From Dehalococcoidia bacterium (GTDB lineage Bacteria; Chloroflexota; Dehalococcoidia; Bin125): a stretch of 64,000 bases of DNA. The stretch covers positions 300,453 to 364,452 of the forward strand of contig OZ241962.1 in assembly GCA_965203995.1 (NCBI GenBank). Reading direction: 5' to 3'. A model generated the notes under the pieces. It saw nothing but the letters and a program-made list of their open reading frames with translations, was not told the DNA's origin and made no database searches. The translations under genes were made by a program, and so were the position numbers. Below are positions 18,904 through 25,803 of this stretch, in pieces. The stretch's first letter is position 1. The number at the start of each line of letters is the position of its first letter.

Positions 18904-19705
18904 CCAACCCCAAGACCGCTACACGCACGGCCATCACGAGTCGGTCGTGCAGTCCCACGCCCGCCGCCGCGCCGAAGTCGAAGCCTGGTTCCTGCTGCCG
19001 CGGCTTGAACCGGGGATGACCCTGCTGGACGCCGGCTGCGGCCCGGGCACCGTGACCGCGGGTCTGGCCAGAGCCGTGTCCCCTGGACACGTGATGGGAC
19101 TCGATGCGGCGCCCGAGGTGCTCGAACACGCCCGACTCCACGCCTCCGAGGAAGCGGTCGACAATGTCGACTTCGTCGCCGGCGACGTCTACGCGCTCGA
19201 CTTTTCCGACGCCGAGTTCGATGTCGTCTACGCCAATCAACTCCTGCAACACCTCGCCGACCCGATCCGCGCGCTCGGCGAGCTGCGCCGCGTGCTCAAA
19301 CCCGGCGGCCTGCTCGCCGTCCGCGACGCCGACTACGCCACGATGTCGCCCCATCCCAAGTTCCCGGAGTTCCCGGACTGGAACCGGCTCTACCACGAGG
19401 TCGCCTATCGCAACCACGCCGAGCCCGACGCCGGCCGCACGTTGCCCGCATGGGTGCGCGCCGCAGGATTCCCGGAGATCGAGATTCATCCCAACGTCGT
19501 CGCCATGGATGGCGAGGATGCCAGGATCTGGGGCCGCACCTGGTCCCAGCGCATTCTCTACAGCGGCATCGCTGATCAGGCGCTCGAGTACGGATTAGCC
19601 GACCAGTCGGAGTTGCAACGAATCTCGGACGGCTGGGCAGCCTGGGCCGAGTCCCCGGACCCGTTCTTCATGTTCACCCAGATCGCCGTCCTCGCGCTCC
19701 GCTAG
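18896..19705 (+). CDS. class I SAM-dependent methyltransferase
   Basis: ATG at 18896 overlaps the upstream stop (ATGGCTGA). Motif I LLDAGCGPG, plus …VYANQLLQHL… and LKPGG. Confidence 0.88.
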   Translation: MADQPQDRYTHGHHESVVQSHARRRAEVEAWFLLPRLEPGMTLLDAGCGPGTVTAGLARAVSPGHVMGLDAAPEVLEHARLHASEEAVDNVDFVAGDVYALDFSDAEFDVVYANQLLQHLADPIRALGELRRVLKPGGLLAVRDADYATMSPHPKFPEFPDWNRLYHEVAYRNHAEPDAGRTLPAWVRAAGFPEIEIHPNVVAMDGEDARIWGRTWSQRILYSGIADQALEYGLADQSELQRISDGWAAWAESPDPFFMFTQIAVLALR

Positions 19706-20082
19706 TCGGCGAACATCACCTCGATCAACGGCGAGCCATCCACCCACTCCTGCACGTTGTCCTCGTTGATGTACTCGCTCAGCTTCTTCGCCGAGAGAAA
19801 CACCGTCCGCTTCTCGTCCGCATCCGTGACAGCCCGCGCCGCGCCCTCAAGCTCGGCCTCGGTTGACTCCTTGAAGTGGAACGTGATCGCCGGATTCGCC
19901 AGCACGTTCGCGTACCACGACCTCGGACCCGGTCGCCCCGTGATGTAGTAACGGTCGTCGACGTTGTGAAACCAGATCTCCAGCCGCTTCGGCTCGCCGC
20001 TCGAGCGGCCGATCGTCGTGATATCGATCACCAGGTCGTTGGCCAGCGCCGTGGCAATGCCGGGGTCGGATGTTGAAGCCAT
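19702..20082 (-). CDS. deazaflavin(F420)-dependent nitroreductase-like protein (DUF385 family)
   Basis: Start MASTS at 20082 makes an ATGA overlap with the ogt stop. …GRSSGEPKRLEIWF…RSWYANVLANP… is typical of DUF385. Confidence 0.75.
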   Translation of the reverse strand: MASTSDPGIATALANDLVIDITTIGRSSGEPKRLEIWFHNVDDRYYITGRPGPRSWYANVLANPAITFHFKESTEAELEGAARAVTDADEKRTVFLSAKKLSEYINEDNVQEWVDGSPLIEVMFAD

Positions 20083-20597
20083 CAGTCGTGTCCGTTCTTG
20101 CTCATCTGCAGGTGCCTGCGCTCGTGCTCTAGGAACCACTCCTTGCGATCCAGCCCGCCGCCGTAGCCGCCCAGACCGCCGTCCGAGCGCACGATCCGGT
20201 GGCATGGTACGGCGATCCCGACCGGATTGCGCCCCGTCGCCGTGCCCACCGCCCGATACGCCGACGGCTTGCCCACCGCCCGCGCGATGTCCTGGTACGA
20301 CACCGTGCATCCCGCCGGCACCTCGCGAATCGCCTGCCAGACCGCGACCTGGAACTCCGTCCCCTGTGGATCGATCGCAATCTCATCAATCGCCTCGACA
20401 TCGCCCTCGAAGTACGCCGCCACCGCGTCGCGTACACGCTGCGCCTCGCCCGACAGCCCGGACTCAACCGACTCCGCCTCAGGCTCAACCACCGGACGCG
20501 CCCAGGTCTCGACGAACCCCGCCTCGCGCAGCGCCCCGTCCGCAATCGCCAGGTACATCGTCCCCAACGGCGTCTCGATCCAACACTGCTCGTTCAT
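20082..20597 (-). CDS. ogt: methylated-DNA-protein-cysteine methyltransferase
   Basis: PCHRIV active site, YGGGLDRKEWFLEHE. The start at 20597 is preceded by AGGAGA. Confidence 0.92.
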   Translation of the reverse strand: MNEQCWIETPLGTMYLAIADGALREAGFVETWARPVVEPEAESVESGLSGEAQRVRDAVAAYFEGDVEAIDEIAIDPQGTEFQVAVWQAIREVPAGCTVSYQDIARAVGKPSAYRAVGTATGRNPVGIAVPCHRIVRSDGGLGGYGGGLDRKEWFLEHERRHLQMSKNGHD

Positions 20598-20721
20598 GGC
20601 TGCTCTCCTGTTCGTGCTCATCAACGTCAGGCTACGCTCCAAACTTGCAGAACGCAAGTACTATTCGTATCACCGCTCGACTGGGCGATACGCTGACCTC
20701 CAGACAGGAGCGCGCCCGCAC

Positions 20722-21825
20722 ATGTCCGATCGCGACAACCGAGCCGTCCGCCTCACCGACCTCGCCCGCTGCGGCGGTTGAGGCTCCAAGTTCGGCCCCG
20801 AAGGCCTGGCTCACGTGCTGAGCCATCTCGGACCGCAGTTCCCGCCCGCCGAGCATCCCGAGCTGCTCGTCGGACTCGCGCGCCCCGACGACGCCGCCGT
20901 CTACGCCATCGACGACCAGCGCGCCCTCGTCCAGACCCTCGACTTCTTCGCCCCGCTCGTCGACGACCCCTACCAGTTCGGCGCGATCGCCGCTGCCAAC
21001 GCCATGTCCGACGTCTACGCCATGGGCGGGCGCGTCCTCTTCGCCCTCAACATCGCCGCCTTCCCCGAAGATCTCCCGCCCGACGTCATCGCCGACGTCC
21101 TGCGCGGCGGCGCAGACAAAGTCCGCGAAGCAGGCGCCGTCATCGCCGGCGGACACACGATCATCGACGAGGAACCCAAGTACGGACTCGCCGTCACCGG
21201 CGAAGTCGCCCGCGACCTGATCCGCACCACCGGCGGCGCGCAGCCCGGCGACACCATCATCCTGACCAAGGAAATCGGCACCGGCATCCTGATCGGAGCC
21301 AACCAGCAGGGCGCAGTCTCCGACGAACACTGGAACGCCGCCGTCGACCAGATGATGACCCTCAACCGCGACGCCGCCGAAACCGCCTCCGACCCCGACC
21401 TCGCCCAGGGCGTCCACGCCATCGCCGACGTCACCGGATTCGGACTTGCTGGACACCTGCACGAAATGGCCGAACTCAGCGACGCCGCCATCGAGATCGA
21501 CCTCGGCGCAGCCCCCGCCCTCGGCGGACTCGCCGAAGCCGTCGCCGCCGGATTCGGCTCCGGCGGTCAGTCCCGCAACCGCGAGTACTACGGCGCCCGC
21601 CTCACCATCCACGGCAACCGCGAACTCACCACCTTCGAGGAAGCCCTGCTCTACGACCCGCAAACCTCCGGCGGCCTCCTGATCGCCGCCGGCACCGTCG
21701 AAGCTCCCCACCTCATCCACGAACTCCAACAGCGAGGCGTCACCGCAACCCCCATAGCCCGCGTCAACGAACCCGCCTCCGGCGGACGCCTCAGCGTCAG
21801 TCCGCCCGAGAATCCCCGTGTCTGA
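20722..21825 (+). CDS. selD: selenide, water dikinase with in-frame TGA (Sec) at 20779-20781
   Basis: ATG at 20722 (after CAGGAG) gives MSDRDNRAVRLTDLARCGG-TGA-GSKFGPEG… in the same frame as track ORF 20815..21825. The TGA aligns with the catalytic Cys/Sec of the SelD G-x-G-[C/U]-G-x-K motif. The rest is a PurM-like SelD body. Confidence 0.9.
20808..20824 (+). promoter_or_regulatory. candidate SECIS-like hairpin downstream of the selD TGA
   Basis: GGCTCA-CGTGC-TGAGCC (6-bp stem) starts 29 nt after the TGA. An alternative weaker hairpin lies at 20794-20806. Neither is verified. Confidence 0.35.
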
Positions 21826-23032
21826 CCACGACGTCGCCGTCATCGGCGCCGGCATTCTCGGACTCTCCACCGCCATGGCCCTCGCCACCCAGCACGACGG
21901 CCTCCGCGTCGTCGCCCTCGAGCAGGAATCCGCCGTCGGCCGACACCAGAGCGGCAACAACTCCGGCGTCATCCACTCCGGCCTCTACTACCGACCCGGC
22001 TCCGCCAAGGCCCGCATGGCCGTCGCCGGCGCCGAGCGCATGTACGCCTTCTGCGACGAACACAACATCGGCGCCGAGCGCTGCGGCAAGGTCGTCGTCG
22101 CCACCCACGAATCCGAGCTCGACCGAATGCGAGAACTCCACCGCCGGGGCGACGCCAACGGCGTCCCCGGCATCCGCGAACTCGGACCCGACGAACTCCG
22201 CGAGTTCGAGCCCAACGCCGCCGGCGTCGCCGCCCTCCACATCCCCTCCACCGGCATCGCCGACTACAAGGGCGTTTGCGAGAAGTACCGCGAACTGCTC
22301 GAATCCGCCGGCGGCTCCGTCCGCCTCCAGTCTCGCGTCTCCGCCGTCCGCGTCGACCCCGACGGCGTCCAGCTCGCAACCACAACCGGAACTGTCAAAG
22401 CAAAGTACGCCGTCAACTGCGCCGGACTCCAGGCCGACCGCATCGCCCGCCGCGCCGGCGCGCCCGAAGCCCGAGACCTCCGCATCGTCCCCTTCCGCGG
22501 CGAGTACTACGACCTCGTCCCCGCCGCCCGCGGCATGCTCAGGAACCTCATCTATCCCGTCCCCGACCCCGCCTTCCCCTTCCTCGGCGTCCACTTCACC
22601 CGCCGGCTCGACGGCTCAGTCGAGGCCGGACCCAACGCCGTCCTCGCCCTCAAGCGCGAGGGCTACCGCTGGCGCGACATCGCCCTCCGCGACGCCGCCG
22701 AGTCCCTCTCCTGGCCCGGCTTCCTCCGCCTCGCCCGCGGCCACTGGCAGACCGGCCTCGGCGAAGTCTGGCGCAGCGCCAACAAGTCCGCCTTCGTCAA
22801 CGCCCTCCAGCGCCTGATGCCCAACCTCGAACCCGACCAGCTCGTCCGCGGCGGCGCCGGAGTCCGAGCCCAGGCCCTCCGCCGCGACGGCACCCTCGCC
22901 GACGACTTCGAAATCGCCCACCAGAACCGCCTCATCCACATCCTCAACGCCCCCAGCCCCGGCGCCACCGCATCCCTCCTCATCGGAGAACAAATCGCCC
23001 AAACCGCCAACAAAACCTGGCTCGGCGGCTAA
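21818..23032 (+). CDS. lhgO: L-2-hydroxyglutarate oxidase/dehydrogenase (FAD-dependent)
   Basis: VAVIGAGILGLSTA dinucleotide fold, GRHQSGNNSGVIHSGLYY, ~400 aa. The GTG start overlaps the selD stop. Confidence 0.85.
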   Translation: MSDHDVAVIGAGILGLSTAMALATQHDGLRVVALEQESAVGRHQSGNNSGVIHSGLYYRPGSAKARMAVAGAERMYAFCDEHNIGAERCGKVVVATHESELDRMRELHRRGDANGVPGIRELGPDELREFEPNAAGVAALHIPSTGIADYKGVCEKYRELLESAGGSVRLQSRVSAVRVDPDGVQLATTTGTVKAKYAVNCAGLQADRIARRAGAPEARDLRIVPFRGEYYDLVPAARGMLRNLIYPVPDPAFPFLGVHFTRRLDGSVEAGPNAVLALKREGYRWRDIALRDAAESLSWPGFLRLARGHWQTGLGEVWRSANKSAFVNALQRLMPNLEPDQLVRGGAGVRAQALRRDGTLADDFEIAHQNRLIHILNAPSPGATASLLIGEQIAQTANKTWLGG

Positions 23033-23040
23033 CCCCAACC

Positions 23041-23140
23041 TCCGTAACCCCGCGCCCCATTGCCCCCGTCCATCGCCCCGCGCGCCGCCTGCCCCGTACT
23101 AGATACGGGGACGCGGGGCCCAGACCACCAAACCTCGCAA
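23041..23140 (-). repeat. family-C GC-rich repeat copy
   Basis: The reverse complement reads TTGCGAGGTTTGGTGGTCTGGGCCCCGCGTCCCC…GCGCGGGGCGATGGACGGGGG. It is homologous to the copies at 44335-44398 and 45465-45540. Confidence 0.7.
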
Positions 23141-23217
23141 ACAAGACGACCACCTACTCACATCGCGGTGCGAAGTGCCGATGAACTGAGCGGCGTGGAT
23201 CTTCTCCACCATTCAAC

Positions 23218-23472
23218 TCAGTAGACGCGCCCCCGATGATCCAAAGCTGTAACTGTGAAAACACGGCGGGCATCATCCCGAATGACCAGCACGCGATACT
23301 CACCGACTCGGATCGACAGCTCGGGCCGATTCTTCAGTGCCTTCAGGAACGGCGCGTTCGGCTCCGCGCGTAGTTGATCCAGCCGAGCATGGATGCGGCG
23401 TTGTATGTGGTCGGGAAAGCGGGTGATGCGGCGCTGAAATCTCCGCGGCAACTCGACGCGGTACTCGGGCAT
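23218..23472 (-). CDS. relE: RelE/ParE-family type II toxin
   Basis: 84 aa, with a RelE/StbE-like pattern (…PDHIQRRI…L..L…P…LKALKN…LSIRVGEYRVLV…). Its start is coupled to the upstream stop (TGATG). Confidence 0.8.
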   Translation of the reverse strand: MPEYRVELPRRFQRRITRFPDHIQRRIHARLDQLRAEPNAPFLKALKNRPELSIRVGEYRVLVIRDDARRVFTVTALDHRGRVY

Positions 23473-24032
23473 CAGTCAGCGGGAGCCAACATGCCGCCGA
23501 ATGCCTCATCGAGGCCGATCACTTCTTCCTCGCCATCCTCGATCCGATCCTGCATCCACGCCGAGTACGTGGCCATCAGCGCTTGCCACCAGTGTTCCTC
23601 ATGCCACTCCCCGATCGGCGGGAACTGGTCAAGGCAGAGCAACTCAAAGTCGACCAGCTCAAGCCGCTCGTCGATCGAGATGGAACTGAGCTCCGCTGAC
23701 TCGTCCTGAAAGGCCCGCTCAAGCTGCGCACCATCGCGCGAGCCTCGGGCTTCGCGCGTCTCTCGGACGGCGCGGTCGTACTCCGCATCCGACCACTGGC
23801 CGATCGGCGGGAACCGGTCCAGGTCGATATCGCGGAAGTCAATCTGCAGTAGCCGAAAATCGGCGTGCGGCTCGCCGGGCGCGATCGCAGCAGGACTGTC
23901 GAAGATGGCGTCGCGCCAGTGATCGTCCGTCCACTCCGCAAGCGGAGGAAACTCATCCCAGTCAAGACCGTCAAAATCCACAAACCGCGCTCGCGGATCG
24001 GCCCGCTCAGGCTGAACAGCAGCGTCGACCAT
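23472..24032 (-). CDS. putative antitoxin partner of RelE; acidic protein with three internal [VI]DF-x4-LD-x-FPP[LI][AG][EQ]W repeats
   Basis: It sits in the antitoxin position, is translationally coupled to relE, and follows a strong RBS (GGAAGGAGG). It has no recognisable RHH/HTH/AbrB DNA-binding motif. Confidence 0.6.
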   Translation of the reverse strand: MVDAAVQPERADPRARFVDFDGLDWDEFPPLAEWTDDHWRDAIFDSPAAIAPGEPHADFRLLQIDFRDIDLDRFPPIGQWSDAEYDRAVRETREARGSRDGAQLERAFQDESAELSSISIDERLELVDFELLCLDQFPPIGEWHEEHWWQALMATYSAWMQDRIEDGEEEVIGLDEAFGGMLAPAD

Positions 24033-24461
24033 CACGCCTCCTTCCGTGTCAGTTTACTTTGTTCATGGAGAGACGGCCGGCGGCTGGCGGGCCCAGAGGA
24101 GCCGGCCACTCGCCCGAGAACATTGCGTGGCAGATCTCCAGGATTCGCTGTCAGGTTCACTAGCTGCCGTGGTTGGTGATGAGTGTCTTCGACTCCCACG
24201 ACATCGTCTGCAATCCGTCCTCATGCGAGGGAAGTCCGAAAGCGCTCGCCGAGATCGAACTGGTCGCCGACGGGGAGTCGAACGATAACTCAACCTCATG
24301 ACTCCGGCTTGCAAGCTTGCGTTTGCGGTCACCTTCTAACCATCATTGTTGGCATAAGCCGCGCCAAGGCATCCTAGGATCGCCAATCTGTTGTCCAGAG
24401 TGTCAACAACCTAAGCAGCAGCTGGACGTGCTACAGTCGTCGCACGTGCCTAGAATGCCGA

Positions 24462-24536
24462 TGGAGGCCCTGCCCGGACTCGAACCGGGATCTCACGGGT
24501 TGCGAACCGAGTGACTTTCCATTCATCCACAGGGCC
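24462..24536 (-). tRNA. tRNA-like element, possibly a degenerate tRNA (anticodon ambiguous: loop TTCGCAA)
   Basis: Reverse complement: GGCCCTG…CCCGG-TTCGAGT-CCGGG-CAGGGCC-T-CCA. The 7-bp acceptor, T-arm and encoded CCA are perfect. The D-stem and anticodon stem (CACTCGG/CCCGTG) do not pair canonically. Confidence 0.45.
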
Positions 24537-24544
24537 TTCAATGA

Positions 24545-24570
24545 CCCCCGACCGTTGCAGCGGTCGGGGG
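24545..24570 (+). terminator. perfect 10-bp GC hairpin followed by a T-rich tract (intrinsic-terminator-like)
   Basis: CCCCCGACCG-TTGCAG-CGGTCGGGGG followed by TCTTCATTTC. It abuts the 5' end of the tRNA-like element. Confidence 0.45.
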
Positions 24571-24618
24571 TCTTCATTTCGAAACTAGCACATTTCTCGA
24601 GGCATATGGATCATCTGG

Positions 24619-24924
24619 GTGAACCGAAACGTGGACTGCATGTGGGAAGAGTGGACAATCATCTGGTCAACAGTGCTACTCCTCGCTGGTTTGTTGTCCA
24701 ACAGCACCACCCATGAGCACTCAAGAGCTGACTTGAGCGCCAATCTTCAAGCCCTTGAAGATGAAAGGAATCGCCGCAGCTTGACACCACCGCCTTCGCA
24801 GGGAGGGCCTGGCAGCTTGTTCCTGAACAGCAACGGCGGTGACAAAGCGCTCTCGGCGATCGTCGATGTGCTTTCAATTCAGCAGGTGAACATCGGTGAG
24901 TGGTTGGGAGCGCGCGGAACTTGA
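24619..24924 (+). CDS. hypothetical small membrane protein (low-GC islet)
   Basis: 101-aa ORF with one hydrophobic helix (IIWSTVLLLAGLL). Its A/T-ending codon usage is atypical for the window. Weak support. Confidence 0.3.
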   Translation: MNRNVDCMWEEWTIIWSTVLLLAGLLSNSTTHEHSRADLSANLQALEDERNRRSLTPPPSQGGPGSLFLNSNGGDKALSAIVDVLSIQQVNIGEWLGARGT

Positions 24925-25157
24925 GGATGTTCCGAGCACTCAAGTGTCGGCCTCGCCGGGGTCGTGAGGTCGAACTTGTATCCAGTTCCCACTTATGGTC
25001 CCGAGTCTACTCTTGTCCCTTCGTTGAAGTTTGCACAGTTGTTTAGGCAATGGGAACACCCCGTCATCAACCACTACAGAGCCCTCGCCCAGGGCGATAC
25101 CGCCGCCATCATCGACGAAAGCGTCTCCTGATAACCTGACCGCTTGAGGAGATCCCG

Positions 25158-25445
25158 ATGACCCTCCGCTACACGGCCGAGATCTACGAGGAAACGGAAT
25201 GCTATTCCTCGGTCTGCCCTGAGCTCGAAGCCGCGAGCTGCGGCGACACAATCGAAGAAGCGAGAGCGATGCTCGTCGAGGCCATCGAACTCACGCTCGA
25301 AGACATCACCGCCGAGGAGTACGAGTTCCGCGTCAGCGGTGAGATGTCAGCCACGAGCGATATCCCCGATGACGAGCCGCTCGAGGACTCAACACTGGTC
25401 GAGACAACCAAGATCGAAGTGAACGCGGTCCTGCCCGCTGCCTGA
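25158..25445 (+). CDS. HicB-like antitoxin domain protein (no adjacent hicA)
   Basis: …YSSVCPELEAASCGDTIEEARAMLVEAIELTLED… matches the HicB/UPF0150 N-terminal fold signature. RBS GAGGAG lies upstream. Confidence 0.8.
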   Translation: MTLRYTAEIYEETECYSSVCPELEAASCGDTIEEARAMLVEAIELTLEDITAEEYEFRVSGEMSATSDIPDDEPLEDSTLVETTKIEVNAVLPAA

Positions 25446-25534
25446 GTCGACTTCGCAGCTACCGCCGCGCATCTCGCCACATTGGTCAAACGCCTCGCCT
25501 AGGTAGCACGTCCCTGCACCGCCGCCGTAGCCCC

Positions 25535-25803
25535 CAACACACCACAAACCCCCAATCGAACACCCGTACGGATACAATCAATAACACCCAACCACCCACA
25601 CAACCCAGGAGCCCCACATGAAACCCAACATTCCCCAACCCCACCTACCCCCACACCAACAATCCTCACCCAGATCTGACCTCAACCAGACAAAATCCGA
25701 CCGGATCTGACCAAATCTGACATCACTCAGCCCAAAACTCCCGCCCACACCACAATTTCGCGCATTTCAGCCCCAATTCACGCCATTTTCTGCCCATGCC
25801 GCT
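25535..25803 (+). pseudogene. decayed copy of the terS leader plus terS 5' coding fragment
   Basis: 25535-25620 is ~75-80% identical to the G-poor leader upstream of terS (reverse complement of 44171-44260). 25716-25800 translates SDITQPKTPAHTTISRISAPIHA, compared with the terS N-terminus SDTAITQPKPPVPYTADAIRAGIAHEA. The start codon is lost and the fragment is truncated by the neighbouring gene. Confidence 0.5.

Noticed and set aside
20227-20781. 184-aa + ORF as a separate gene
   Set aside because: Most of it is antisense to ogt. Only its last 19 codons (from ATG 20722) are real, forming the selD N-terminus up to the Sec TGA.
20778-22817. 679-aa + strand ORF rich in P/R/S/T
   Set aside because: It is off-frame over selD and lhgO, both of which have unambiguous motifs in their own frames. 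The low-complexity translation is a GC artefact.
24261-24285. tRNA 3'-end-like fragment (reverse complement GTTCGACTCCCCGTCGGCGACCA), possibly an att-site remnant or tmRNA end
   Set aside because: No complementary 5' acceptor strand, T-stem 5' half or anticodon arm can be found upstream. There is no tmRNA tag-like ORF with a stop. It does not match the neighbouring tRNA-like element. This is too little to call.
24964-25131. 55-codon ORF upstream of the orphan hicB as its HicA toxin
   Set aside because: It lacks the HicA GSH…P.H signature and any basic dsRBD-like pattern. I mention it only as an unannotated ORF.
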